From Hemiscyllium ocellatum (taxonomy: Eukaryota), in contig NC_083410.1 of assembly GCF_020745735.1 (NCBI RefSeq), positions 41,700,117 to 41,764,116 of the forward strand: DNA of 64,000 nucleotides, in the 5' to 3' direction. The translations under genes and the position numbers were made by a program. How positions within the stretch are numbered: the first letter of the stretch is position 1; each line of letters starts with the position of its first letter. The notes beneath the pieces were generated by a model that ran no database searches, was not told the DNA's origin, and saw only the letters and a list, made by a program, of their open reading frames with translations. Below, piece by piece: positions 39,977-52,501 of this stretch.

Positions 39977-40848
39977 CTAAACAAATAGGAATAATTACCA
40001 TTATATATATATATGAATTTGAATGCTTCATCAATCAAATCACTTAGTATTATTCAATACTGAGTTCATCTTGCAGTTCTTTTCTTGCCATTGATTATTT
40101 CCCTATCATGACAATTTTATGTTCTCCTCTGTGCCCGCTACAGGCAATGGGGGCATACAATCTCATGGTTTTGTGACTAATACAAATTTTAGTGGGACTA
40201 AATTTAATTACTGAATCAGATTGATGGAAGAATTGTGAAGCTTGTTTTGAAAATTGCTTTTTCTTCTTTTAAAATTGAACAAAAATAATTAATATCCTTT
40301 ACATGCTTAAGGATTTGACTTTGATCATGACCCTAAAATATCATGAGCATACAATCAAGACTATTACAATACAATTCTTTTCACAGCAACTTGATTCTTT
40401 GATGCAGTCACCCTTCCATCCAAAGTGTTTTCAGTGATTTTTAGTAAACTTTTTAAAAATATAATTATTTGCTTAATATTCTGTTTCGCACTAAGAATGA
40501 AACAAATATTTCAAAGTAGTCGATTAAATAAAGCAGCAGGTAATGACTGAATCAACCTTCAATATTATGGATTTGAAGTGTCTTGGTGTTGATATCAGTC
40601 TTAGTTTTGAGCCACATGGTAATTAAATCAAACCAAATTATGAAACATGGACTTGCTTACAAAGCCAACTGTGCCTGCATTTCTAGAATAAGTGGCTTCA
40701 AAACTGATCCTAATAGCAGTTGCTCATTGAGCAAGAATACATTTATTCTACTGTGAATGATCAATTCCAGTTCTTCATCTAATTTATACCTCCAACAACT
40801 TTCTTCAAGAATTCTAGGCTATTACATGAAAGTGGAAGACTGGTTTAC

Positions 40849-40993
40849 CTTCTAAATTGATTTCAAACTTCCCTTCAATCAAATCTGACTCTGCAGGCAT
40901 GTCCCGAGGAATAGCAGGAAGCAATGTAGTGTGTGATGCCATCATCAGCTCATTCAGTTGTGAAGTACTGGATATTTTCTCACGCTGTAGTTG
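40849..40993 (-). CDS. IARS2: IARS2 coding exon
   Basis: gtcaag|CAA..GAAG|gtaaac; QLQREKISSTSQLNELMMASHTTLL...EGKFEINLE. Confidence 0.92.
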
Positions 40994-41349
40994 CTTGACA
41001 AAGCAAAAAGGTAAACTTAGAATGTACAGTGTTATATTTTTAAAATAGGAGATAGCCTTCTGTATACAAAATTACATTCAAACCCTTGGCTTATATGTAC
41101 AACAATGTAGCCTTGTGGATCACTCCAAACAAATTTAAAATATTGCAGTCTAGTTGATGTATCAAAAACCATGACCGACATAAGTTGCTTCTGCTATGCA
41201 TGTGAGCAATATTTTTAAAAAGCTATCAAAGAGAACATTGTCTTGTGCCTACTGAGCTGTAGCTGGTGGTCTTCATTAAGTTGTTTGACAGAGTCCAGCT
41301 TTAATTAAGACTTAGTTCTTCAGTAGTCTTGGTAAAACAAAAGGTACTC

Positions 41350-43020
41350 TTGAATTAATGAGACAAAAAAAATCCCAATCTTAAATTTACTTTTAATAAT
41401 GGAACATCCACAACAGGTAAAAAGATTCCAAAGATTCTCAATCTTCTGAGTGAAGATATTTTTCTGTTCTTGCTATACAGAATTGATCCCTTATCCTGAA
41501 ATTCTGTCAGCTTGATCAAAATTGAATAGTAAGGGGGAGAAAAGTCAGTTTCCATTCTGTTAATCCCCTTCATAATCTCAACTGTTACAATGAGATCAAA
41601 TCTCAATCTTCCAAAGACTATAAACTATTTTTGTCAGTCTTTCATCAAAGTACGACCCTCATTCCAGGGACCAATCCAATGAACCTTCACTGTTCTGGAA
41701 CGCAGCAGGCAATTTCAAGTTTGCAGATAACAGGCTTCAATAATAGAGGTATGGAATTAAGGAGAAAGGAAACTATGATAAACTTATATATGACACTGTT
41801 TGACCTGCACTGGGGTATTGTGTACATTTCTGGGTACCACATTAGAGGAAGTATGAGACTGCATTGGAGAGAGTGCAGAAAAGGTTTATGAAAATGGTTC
41901 CAGAGATGAAACCCTTCAGTTATTAGGAAAGAGTGGAGAAGTTGAAAGAAAACAGTTCTATCATACTCCTGTTTGACTTCTCAGAAGGTTTAAAAATCAC
42001 GAGGTTTCTAGTCAGAGTAAATGAAGAGAAATTGTTCCAGTTCGGAAAGGGATCGAGAACTAGAAGTACAGTTTTAAAGTGTTTCATGAAAAAGGCAAGT
42101 GCAAGATGAAAAGAACAAAAAAAAGCAATGAGTAGAATGCACTGACTGGAAGTGGGTTGCAGACAGATTCAATTGAGAGGATTGGAGGGTTACAGGGAAT
42201 AAGCAGGAAATTGACATCATGTTAAAACGCTCAGACCTGGAGCAGACACTGGGCTGAATAGCTGCTTACACTGTAAAAAGTCTCCATTATTGCTTCAAAT
42301 GCAAGTACATCCTTCTTTAATACAGCAGAGAAAATGGAGTACAGCATTTATGGTATGGTCCCACCAAAGCTCTACACAATTGTAACAAGACTTTGTGATA
42401 TCTTTTCCACAATCCCTTTGCAGTAAAGGCCAACATGCAATTTTCTTTTCTCATGACTTGTACCTGCATGTTAACTTGTGTTCCTTGTATGTGATTTTTC
42501 TGATCGATACTTAGAAAATTTACACCAAAAATTATTCTGCTCCTCTACTCTCAAAGCAAAGCCAGTAGAGTAACTTCGCACTTTCCACATTAATCTTTTA
42601 ACATGACCTCCTCACAATTTACATAATCATCACACTAAGACAAAGATTCAGAGAGTAATGTATCCATCATCAATACAGATTGTAAATGCTGAAAGCCCAG
42701 TGGTGATCTGTTCAGTACTTCTCTAGTCACAACTTACCAACTATCTGCAACTGTGTTAACATATCACTCCCAACTCCATGAGCGATGAAATTATTTATTA
42801 AACCTTTTTGTGGACCTATTGAATGGCTTTTGAAAATCCAAGTATACTACTCATCTGACTCAACTAATAGAGTCATCTACTCTACTAGTTGGCATCATCA
42901 AAACTTAAAATTTGTCAAACAGGATTTTCCTTTTGTAAAGCCATTTTGATTTTTTTTGTGCATTTAGACTTGCGAAGTATCAGGTTCCAGCAATTCTCCA
43001 GATGCCTACATTGAGACGAA
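41350..43020. mobile_element. interleaved CR1 fragments on both strands
   Basis: - strand MRFDLIVTVEIMKGINR and + strand INLYMTLF..ECRKGL remnants. Confidence 0.6.
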
Positions 43021-43552
43021 TTGGCCTGTAGTTCTCCTTTTTATTTCTTCATCCTTAAACGGGAGTGTTATTTTGTTAACTTTGAGCCATGTCATGTCAG
43101 CAATCAGAATCTGGGGATTATTGGAATTTAGTCTCGAGTTCCTTTTGCACTTTTTTCATTGCTGATGGCAATTACTCCAATTTCCTCACCTTCCACCTAC
43201 TCATTTTTCACAAACCATGGATCCAATAATGTCCAATTTCTGTTAGAATAATACCAACTTAAAAACAACTACAATTATTATCATTTGGGAGTACAGATCT
43301 TATAACTGCTAAGAGACATGCTGTTGAATTTGTTGGTCTTGCACTCAACAGGACAGATGGAAGATTACCAACATTTAAAGAGAACATTTATGCTGCATGA
43401 GAAAAGAATGTTGTGGTCAGTAAGAGGACTCCAATTTTTGAGGCATTGCCAGGAAGAGTACACCATGGAAGTTATTCACCATTGTTTAAATTCAAACCTG
43501 ATTGCATTGACAAAGACTGTGCTTGCAAACTTAGAAAGGATATCGAGGTTCT

Positions 43553-43702
43553 GGTGCTGATGTTAGGCTGGGGTGGACAGAATTAAAATTCACAACTCCA
43601 GGTTATAGGTCCAATAAGTTTATTTGAAAGTACAAGCTTTCAGAGCGCTGTTCCTTCGTCAGGTAACTTGTTGAATTATAACCTGGTGTTGTGTGATTTT
43701 AA
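43553..43702 (-). mobile_element. degenerate fold-back PLE-type mini-element (family C) with hammerhead core
   Basis: inverted arms cacaactccaggttata / tataacctggtgttgtg; - strand reads UAC-CUGACGA-A-GGAAC-AGC-GCUCU-GAA-AGCU-U-GUA. Confidence 0.65.
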
Positions 43703-44147
43703 ACTCCGAAGTGTCCAATTTTAGGTGCAATTCTGTATTTAGACAGCACTTACTGAACAGTCTCAAGTATATCAACAATTACACTAAACTAATTTAAGGT
43801 CATCAGTTGGGCTGGCAATTACACTTGGTAGAAGCTACACAGATTCATATACATAGCTCTATTCTGTGTAAGAAGCAAAAAAATGTCCATACATTGCACC
43901 TTATTGTTTCCTGATACATTTCCCATGGCAGCACCTCAGCGAGGGTATAGTACATTCTTCCTGGTAATGCCTTGACCAAATGGAGTACACTTGCCAACCA
44001 CTCAACACGTTTTTCTCATGCATTGTAAACTGCCATTCTTTTTGAATGTTGGCATCCTTACACCTATTCTGATCATTGCAAAATGAAAAGCTTCAATAGT
44101 GGGGCTCCTCTCAGCAAAACTCAACTATTACACATTGAGAAGATTAC

Positions 44148-44338
44148 CTCCATCAATTCCAGCAACAAACTGGGCTCGATTATAATGGTTATATCGTATT
44201 CCAGTGCATTTTTGCCAGGTATAGAGCTCAAGAAGCTATCTCTTATTGCGCAAGCACCTTCAATAGCCTCCACAATGCCAGGCTTTCTCCACACAGAACT
44301 GGCCTTTATCCAGCCAGTTCGAAACACACTCTGAGGCT
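44148..44338 (-). CDS. IARS2: IARS2 coding exon
   Basis: tttcag|AG..GAG|gtaatc; [44 protein letters not shown]. Confidence 0.96.
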
Positions 44339-44431
44339 CTGAAAGAAAACAATTTAGATATGCATTCATTGTGCTTTGAGTCACAAATTTTAGAATACAA
44401 ATGCAAATAACAGCACTGAAAAAAATGCTAC

Positions 44432-44577
44432 CTTTTTGGTTTGATTGGTGTTGGAATACTTCTTCTGCAAGGTGAGGCAGGATTGGGGCTACAGAACGTG
44501 TGATTACATCTAATACTTCATCTAAAACTGTCTGACATGATAGACGCTTGGTGCTTTTCTCATCTTCACAATATAAT
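44432..44577 (-). CDS. IARS2: IARS2 coding exon (followed by a 93-nt intron)
   Basis: ttgcag|A..AAAG|gtagca; [43 protein letters not shown]. Confidence 0.95.
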
Positions 44578-45501
44578 CTGCAATTTTAATACAATAATGT
44601 TTAGGCAGACATAAACTCTAATATCTGCAGCAGAAAATAAAATGCCACATCAGCTCCATGGCTAACTCCTTAATGAAACAGCCTATGTCAACATATAATC
44701 AGCTCTAAAGAATGACAGGTAACAAAGCATGCTACATAAACATCAGACACCAAACAAAGACCAGACGTCTCTGACCTCTAACAGGATGACTGTCACACAG
44801 GTTGCCCCACTATTTTGGAGATCAGCAATGATTACAAATTAAACAAGGCCTGTCATGTCAGTACTATCACTATAACTGCAGGACCTATGCTGTTAATCTA
44901 ACAATGAGCTCATTCTTCCTAGTCCTTTAGAGCTTCTCCTTAGAAAGCTCAAGTCAAGAGTGATTAGAATATGCAGCATCATGTGGAAGATAGCAGTTTT
45001 CTTGACTGCTGCCTCAACATTGCTCTAAAATATCACTAGGGGGCACTGTGTTGCAATACACATGATCTATAAGATATACTATACTGCAGCAATTCGACAG
45101 CATGCCTCTTGTCTACAACCACTACCATCAAACAGGACAAGAGAAAATATTGTGTGAATGGCATCACCTCAAAGTCACACACCCTGACATGAATATACCT
45201 CATCACTCACCTATACTAAAGTACTGGAATTTCCCTACTTAACATTAAGTGAGCATTCCTGCACAAGGACTGTAGAGATTTAAAGGTATCACTGCCTTTT
45301 TAGAGCAACTGAAAGTCAGTAAATACCAACGTTGTGGTGTTGCCATATCTGAAAACTAATTTTGTGGCAATGTAAACTGATCCTGATCTGATCTACACAT
45401 ATAACCATTAGGCGGTTTAGAAGTCCATTTAAGTACTTAGTAAATGGCTTTTTGGTTTGCAAATGAAGTTTCAACATTGCCATTATGAATCTTATACTAA
45501 C

Positions 45502-45608
45502 CGATCTTTGATGATGCTGAAGTAAAAGTTAGAGAGTTCTCGGTTAATAAATGCCAACAGAAGGCGAATAACTTTTCCAAAATCACACTCCTTATAGGCC
45601 TCTGTAAC
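45502..45608 (-). CDS. IARS2: IARS2 coding exon
   Basis: attcag|GTT..CG|gttagt; VTEAYKECDFGKVIRLLLAFINRELSNFYFSIIKD. Confidence 0.96.
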
Positions 45609-45707
45609 CTGAATCAAATTAAAACAAATTTTGCCTATAAATACTTGTTTCAAAACATACACATTTCAGCTACTTACAAACAGTAATAGAAATAGAAAGA
45701 TTAAGTA

Positions 45708-46035
45708 CAGATAGAAGATCCTTTTTCCGAAAATACAAAACCGAAAAGCTCTGAAATCCGAAGGTTTTTATGCGAAGTTTTTTCTCATTAACAAGATTGT
45801 TTGGCAGGCAAACAGTTAACCCAAGTCGACACCTACTCAATGCGTGTCACTTAGCTGCAACTTGAAGGGGCATGGCCAAGCACCGACTGTCCTGTTCTTA
45901 CTTAGAAGTCTGCTCCTCCAGTAAGATGTTTTAAAAATTTCACCATTAAACCATCAGTCATTCTGAAAACTGAAAAATTCCAAATTCCAAAAAACAGCTG
46001 GTCCCAAGTATTTCGGATAAAGGATTGTCTACCTA
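45708..46035. mobile_element. Tc1/mariner (Tigger-like) MITE
   Basis: TA|CAGATAGAAGATCCTTTTTCCGAAA ... TTTCGGATAAAGGATTGTCTACCTA|TA; imperfect TIRs of about 25 bp, TA TSD. Confidence 0.72.
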
Positions 46036-47125
46036 TATAACTTAAATTCAATTCTGTTACCAATAAAATGTGTGGCTCATATTGTCCCTTCTCGTTCACA
46101 TGGTTTTGCTAACCCACCTTTTAAGACCAGAATTACTAACTCTCACAATGATAAAATGCTCACAAAATGAAAACTGTTAAACATTCAGAATTTGACTCAA
46201 TTGTTTTCTCTCTCTGGCGTAGGTCAGCAACTCTCTTGCAGATAAAGAATGATTTGAGAAATAGTGGTTAATTAGATGGTCAGTGAATGAGCAGACTGCC
46301 CTCCTGTTGCTATCAATTCCTGACATATTTAAAACCCCAGGTGATGGAACATATTTTGCAATCACAGCAGCGATGTTTCCCCATCTTCACTGGGGTAATT
46401 TTCAGGGTAGAGTGTTTTACAATTAAATCAACAATTCTCATCAAAATCAGAAATGGTAGTCTTCCAACTATCTTACTGGATGAGTCAGCCCTTGATCTTG
46501 AGAGACAAGTTCAAATTCAATTCATTATCCGGATCTGAAATGCTAAACCGGTATCTGTAATGATTATTTTATTACCAGATTGTCATAAAATCTCATCTAC
46601 TTTACTCCCATAAAAGATGAAAATCTGCCATCCTCAGATCAGACCTAAATGTCCATCTAGACGCACAATAAATTAACTGTTAGCTACCCTCTGAAATGAT
46701 CAAACAACTATCCCAATTATATCAAAACCAACATGAGAAACCATAACAAAATAATCAAACAGAGTTTCCAGCATTGATCTAAGCACATGATTCAACATAT
46801 GAAATTGGAGCAGGAACAGACCAATTAGCCATTAAAGTCTGTTTCTCCATTCAATGAGATCATGGTTATCTATGTTTCAAGTTCCACATTACTGCCTACT
46901 CCCAATAACTGTCCATTCCCCTGTCTAACAAGAATCTATCTCTGCCTTTAAAACATTTAAAGATCCGGACTTCTTTGGCAGTGTTACAAAAGCGCACAAT
47001 CCTCAGAAAAAAAAACTCATCGCTGTCTTGATCTAAACAGACTCACCAAATCCAGATGATATTGCAAAATCTTCCTCACAAATACCAAGAAGATGCTACC
47101 AAAATAGGGAGAGCTGCTCCATGGA

Positions 47126-47395
47126 TTCATAAAATCCTTACAGTGCAGAAGCACACCATTCAACCCATCAAGTCCAGAACTTCCCTCTGAAGAGCATCCC
47201 CCCAGACTGAGCCTCCCACCGTATCCCTGCATTTCCCATGGCTAATCTACCTAGCCAGCACATCCCTGGACACTGGGAAATTTAGCATGGCCAATCCACT
47301 TAACCTGCATATCTCTGGACGGTGGGAGGAAACTGGAATACTGAGAGGAAACCGATGCAGACACGGGTAGAATGTCCAAACTCTACACAGACAAT
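47126..47395 (-). mobile_element. older HE1-related SINE
   Basis: contains the tttagcatggccaatccacttaacctgcat core twice; diverged. Confidence 0.7.
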
Positions 47396-47432
47396 CATTC
47401 ATAATTCATCTGCTGACAGTCTGACATTGTCA

Positions 47433-47690
47433 GCCTTGGCTCAGCTGGTAGTATTCTTGCCTCTCAATCAAAAAGGTTCCAGGCTGAAGTTTCACTGAGG
47501 GACTTGATCACAAAACACAAGGCCAAAGGCCAATGCTCATACGCAATACTGAGGCAGTCCCACACTGTTTACTATCTTTCAGGTAAAATGCTAAATGAAA
47601 ACCCCATCTGCCTTTTCAGCAGACATGAAAAATCCCATGGTACTATGTCAAGGAGAAGGAGAGTTACCTCCAGTGCCCCTGACAGTATTG
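47433..47690 (+). mobile_element. DeuSINE-like tRNA-derived SINE
   Basis: tRNA-like head tggctcagctggtag, then a Deu-domain-like segment (..aaaatcccatggtactat..gaaggagagtt..ccagtgcccctgac); recalled similarity only. Confidence 0.6.
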
Positions 47691-48557
47691 GTAAGGTAAC
47701 CACTGCACAGCCCCTACAGATAAAAAGTCCCATCTTTTCACAAAGTCTCTTCTGTCCTAACTATCACCATGCAAATGGAATTGATTCAGAACAGATTTAG
47801 ATTAAAACTAAGCATCCATGAGGCACTGTGGGCTATCAGGAGCAATACAATTACATTCAACTATAACCCATAACCTCCTGGCCCAGGCACATTCATTAAT
47901 CTAGCATTACCAGTGAGCAAGGGGAACAATCCTTGTTTAATGCAAAGTAAAGGACAGCACACCAAGATCAGCACTGTGCATACATAAACATTATGTACGA
48001 TCAAGTGTCCAACTTGGTGAAGCTACAATACATAACTATATGTATGTCAAACCCCATAACCCATGGATCTGATGGCTCTGCAATCCTGCTACATCCAGTA
48101 GTGAAGATGGTGGACAAATAAACTAACTGGATGAAGGATCAAACAACATCATCAAAAAAGGAAAAGCCCAGAATATCAGTGCAAAAGACAAGGTTGAAGC
48201 ACTTGCATCCATCTGGAGTCAAAATTCTCCAATATCGCAAATCTCAGTCTGCAGCCAATATGATTCTCTCCACCTGATATGAAGAATCGGATACTACAAA
48301 CACTGCTGGCCCTGGCAACATCGTAGCTGCAGGCAATATTATGAATGCTTGCACGCCAGAACCAGCCTCACTTCAAGCTGAGCTATTCTAGCACAGATAC
48401 AACACTGGCATCAATGTGGAAAAATGCCCTTGTGTCCTGTCCAGAAAAATTACAATAGTTCCAGTCCAACCAAGTTCTGGCATAAATCTATTCTAATTTG
48501 TCAGCAAAGTGGAGGAAATTGTTATCAATAGTATAAGTTACCATTATGCCACATGAG

Positions 48558-48686
48558 GAGTTGAGAGTCTGGTGCTGGAAAAGCACAGCAGGTCAGGCAG
48601 CATCTGAGGAGCAGGAGAATCGAAATTTCGGGCAAGAGCCCTTTATCAGGCATCCTGATGAAGGGCGTCTGATGCCGTTCATGCCT
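48558..48686. mobile_element. truncated family A fold-back mini-element
   Basis: one arm plus the palindrome centre (ccctttatcagg..cctgatgaaggg); 14-bp TSD TTATGCCACATGAG at 48544-48557 and 48687-48700. Confidence 0.8.
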
Positions 48687-48959
48687 TTATGCCACATGAG
48701 CCAGGAAATGGCAATCTCCAAAAAGAGAGTATAACCATTCTTCCCTTGGCATTCCCTGACATTACTACTGTTGAATTTCATACTATTAACATCCTAGCAG
48801 TAATCACTGACCAGATACCTAACTAGATCAGTCACTTAAATACTGTGGTTCTATATGCAAGTCAGAGATTGATCCCCAAATTCCTTCTACAGGACTTAAG
48901 TTAAGTGTGATCCAATATTCTACTTTTGCCTGGTTGATCACAGTTCCAATTATACTCAA

Positions 48960-49612
48960 GATCCTTATAAAGGAAGGCTGGATAGACTAGGACTTTTTTC
49001 ACTGGAGTGTAGAAGGTGATCTGATCGAAGTTTATAACATAATGAGAGGTATAGATAGAGTTATCGATAGTTCTCTTTTCCCTAGAATGGGGAATTTCAA
49101 GACTCGGGGGCACTTTTTTAAGGTGAAGAAGAAAGATTTAAAAAAGACATGGGGGCAAATTCTTTACACAGGGGGCAGTTCATTGTGGAATGAACTTACT
49201 GAGAAAGTGGTGGGTGTGGGTATAATCTTCTAGGAGAAAGTGAGGACTGCAGATGCTGGAGATCAGAGCTGAAAATGTGTTACTGGAAAAGCACAGCAGG
49301 TCAGGCAGCATCCAAAGAGCAGGAGAATCGACGTTTCAGGCATGAGCCATTCCTGAAGCAGGGCTCATGCCTGAAACGTCGATTCCCCTGCTCTTTGGAT
49401 GCTGCCTGACCTGCTGTGCTTTTCCAGCAACACATTTTCAAGTGTGGGTATAATTACAATGTTTAAAAGACTTTTGGATAGATACATGATTTGGTAAGGT
49501 TTGGAGAAATATGGGTTAGGAGCAGGCAGGTGACACTAGTTTAGTTTGGGATTATGTTCGGCATGGCCTGGTTGGACTGAAGGGTCTGTTTCAGTGCTGT
49601 ATGACTCAATGA
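48960..49612 (+). mobile_element. CR1 3' end interrupted by the fold-back element at 49227
   Basis: IMRGIDRV..LFPRMGNFKTRGH..WNEL; resumes after the TSD and ends gctgtatgactcaatgac. Confidence 0.8.
49227..49441 (-). mobile_element. family A fold-back mini-element nested in a CR1 fragment
   Basis: inverted arms plus tail; 13-bp TSD GTGTGGGTATAAT at 49214-49226 and 49442-49454. Confidence 0.87.
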
Positions 49613-49761
49613 CCAACCAAGGCAAAACGCAGCCCACTTGATTGGCATCCTATCCTCCAGCATCATTCAATGTGGCTGCAGCATGTACCATCTACAGGAT
49701 GCACTGCAATTGTTCACTATAGCGTATTCAACAACCTGTACTAAACATGCAATCTCTACAA

Positions 49762-49845
49762 GGAGAAAGTGAGGTCTGCAGATGCTGGAGATCAGAGCTG
49801 AAAATGTGTTGCTGGAAAAGCGTGTTGCTTTGACCTGCTGCACAG
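49762..49845 (-). mobile_element. tail-only family A insertion
   Basis: GGAGAAAGTGAGGTCTGCAGATGCTGGAGATCAGAGCTGAAAATG; 15-bp TSD ATGCAATCTCTACAA at 49747-49761 and 49846-49860. Confidence 0.82.
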
Positions 49846-50298
49846 ATGCAATCTCTACAACCTAGAAGGACAAGGGCAGTGGACACATGGGCTCATCACT
49901 ACCTCAATGTTGTCCTCCAGTTCACATACTACTGTAACTTGGAAGTTTGTGTGCAGTTTTTGCATCATCACAGAGTCAAAATATCAGAATTGTCTCTCTC
50001 ACTGCACTATAGGGAATTTTTCACCACTTGGACTGCGTCAGTTAAAGGAGGCAATCCACCATCACCTTCTAAACTGTTGATGAAAAATAATTTTAACCTT
50101 TGCTCACACACATATGGTGCGTACAAGCTTGATTTAACTCAGGTATTATTAACATGAAGATACCATTGAGCTTAATAATTGTGGTTATTTTAAACAAAAT
50201 GAATATATCCATTATTTTTTCTAATGGTTCATTGCTGTTTTTTTCCTGCTGTCAGTGGAAAGTTACTTACTTAAAACATTTAATAATAGTTCAGTTCT

Positions 50299-51966
50299 AG
50301 AATGCTCCCGCTGATGCTGCCAAGGCTAGCCCTACGTAAATTATATGGCTGGTTGGGCTCCTTTATTTGGAACCATAGACGGCCCCTTATTAAGCTGAAG
50401 CAGCTACAGCTTCCACAGGCAGGGGGAGGACTGGACTTCCCAGACTTTAGGAAATATCAGTTAAGCTCCCTACTAAGTTACATAGCTGATTGGGTTTCAT
50501 CTGATCCACAATCAATTTGGCTGGATATCGAAGCCTCCCAAGTAAAATACCCACTTATTAACCTTTTATTTTCAGATAAGGGGGAAATCATTACAGACCA
50601 CTGTAAAAATCCCATAATATTAAACACAATTAAGGCCTGGAATATAACGCGGCAAAATGAGGGTAACTCACATAAAACATCCCCCCATGCACCAATAGTA
50701 GGCGCATGGGGATTCCAACCGGGGATTACAGATGCCACCTTTAAACTCTGGAGATCCAGGGGCATCTCATGCTTAGGGGACCTATTTAAAGATGGGATCC
50801 TGATGTCCTTTGAGCAGCTGCGTCTGAAATTCGGAATACCTAATGGGGATCTCTTTCGATACTTCCAAGTTCGAGATTATATACAGAGGAAGACTACATT
50901 AATAGATAGTCTTTATAAATCAGACAGAGAACGTAATGTCTTACGACCAGCGGGGGCATCCTCCGTTAGTACTATATACCATTTGCTACATGATGGAGTC
51001 TCAGGAGACATGGATGACCTGCTTAAAACATGGGAGCAGGACTTGGGGCTAGAAATCTCTGAGGATATGTGGAATGACATTTGGGAAAATGCTAGAAGAA
51101 TTGCTATCTGTAACAGAACTCAGGCTATCCAACTAAAGATACTTCATAGGGCCCATATAGCTCCGGCTCGACTGGCAAAATTTAAGGCAGGAGCATCTCC
51201 AATGTGTCCCAAATGCAAAATAGAGGTGGGTACTCTTGTACATTGTCTGTGGACTTGTCAGAAAATCCGCAGATACTGGACTAAAGTGGCAAATACCCTG
51301 ACAGAAATTTCAGGAACGGAAATTAGGGTGGACCCTGTATCTCTCCTTTTGGGCTTTTCGAACCTCTCATCTCTGGATATGCATGGGAAGAGACTATTTT
51401 CTATTCTCTCTTTCTGTGCAAGGAAAAATATTTTGGTGAACTGGGTGGCTGAGGGCCCCCCTGGACTTTCAAATTGGCACAGATTAATTATGGAATATAT
51501 CCCCCTTGACTTCCTCACAAATATGGTGCACCGAAAGACTGAATTATTTTATAAAATATGGCAGCCCTTTTTGAATTATATAAATGCAGATATTTCGGCT
51601 ATCCTAACAAGGGCTTTTATTTAGTGAAGATTTCAGACCGGGCTGCTCCGGGGCCCCTTGGGAGAGGAATCCTGCGCGAATACGGGTTTTATTATATTTG
51701 ATGTTTATACATTCCAAGCATGTAAGAGACTTAGGTATACACTCTGGTTAGTTATAGGTTAGATTAGTAGAAAGTTGAGGTTTTTTTCTTTCTTTTTTCG
51801 TTTCTTTTTTTTTCTTTTTTTGTTTTCTTTCTTTCTCTTTTCTTTGTTAAATTATGACTATTGTATATATGATTTAATTGTACATCAATGTTTGTATTTG
51901 AGAGTTTTGTTTATTTTTGTAAATTTGCAAAAATGTTAAATTTCAATAAAAATATCTACAAAAAAA
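50299..51966 (+). mobile_element. young 5'-truncated L1-clade LINE, antisense within an IARS2 intron
   Basis: open ORF2 C-terminus; T-rich 3' UTR; AATAAA at 51945-51950; poly(A); 17-bp TSD AATAATAGTTCAGTTCT at 50282-50298 and 51967-51983. Confidence 0.92.
50302..51624 (+). pseudogene. L1 ORF2 C-terminal 440 codons (post-RT region + CCHC Zn knuckle); not a host gene
   Basis: FIWNHRRPLIKLKQLQLPQAGGGLDFPDF, W...GI..LGDL, LFRYFQVRDY and CPKC..EVGTLVHCLWTC motifs typical of fish-type L1 ORF2. Confidence 0.88.
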
Positions 51967-52501
51967 AATAATAGTTCAGTTCTGAAGGGTCATTGGACAC
52001 GAAACATTAACCCTGCTTTCTCTCCATAGATGTTGCCAGACCTGCTGAATTTCTTCAACAATTTATTCCATAATATGCACTGCTGTGCTTTAGGAACTCA
52101 TAACTTTGATGGTTTTGTAAATTGTGCCTTAAGAATGATAATAGATATTTCTGGTGTTTATTCCCCCTTCATTCTTTCATGTGATGTGGGAATTGTTGGC
52201 AGAGCCAGCACTTGTTGCGTTTCCCTAAATGCCTTCAAACTGATTGATTTGCGCAGTCATCTCAAACAGCAGTTAAAAGTCAGCCAACTACATTGCCTTG
52301 GGTCTGAGTCTGGAGTCACATGTAGGCCTGATAATTAGGTTGGTAGATTTTCTTCCCAACAAGACAATCATGAATTAAATAGGTATTTACACAATTTACG
52401 ACAATTGTCACGATTATTGAGACTGTATTAGAGATTTATAAATTGCATTCAAATTCCACCAGCTACCACAGGGGCCTTGAATTGATATCCCAAAAAATTA
52501 C

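Noticed and set aside
50302-51624. 440-aa ORF as a nested host gene
   Set aside because: It is bounded by a TSD and poly(A), starts abruptly at the truncation point and carries L1 ORF2 motifs.
51780-51850. Long T-rich low-complexity tract
   Set aside because: Part of the L1 3' UTR, not an independent feature.
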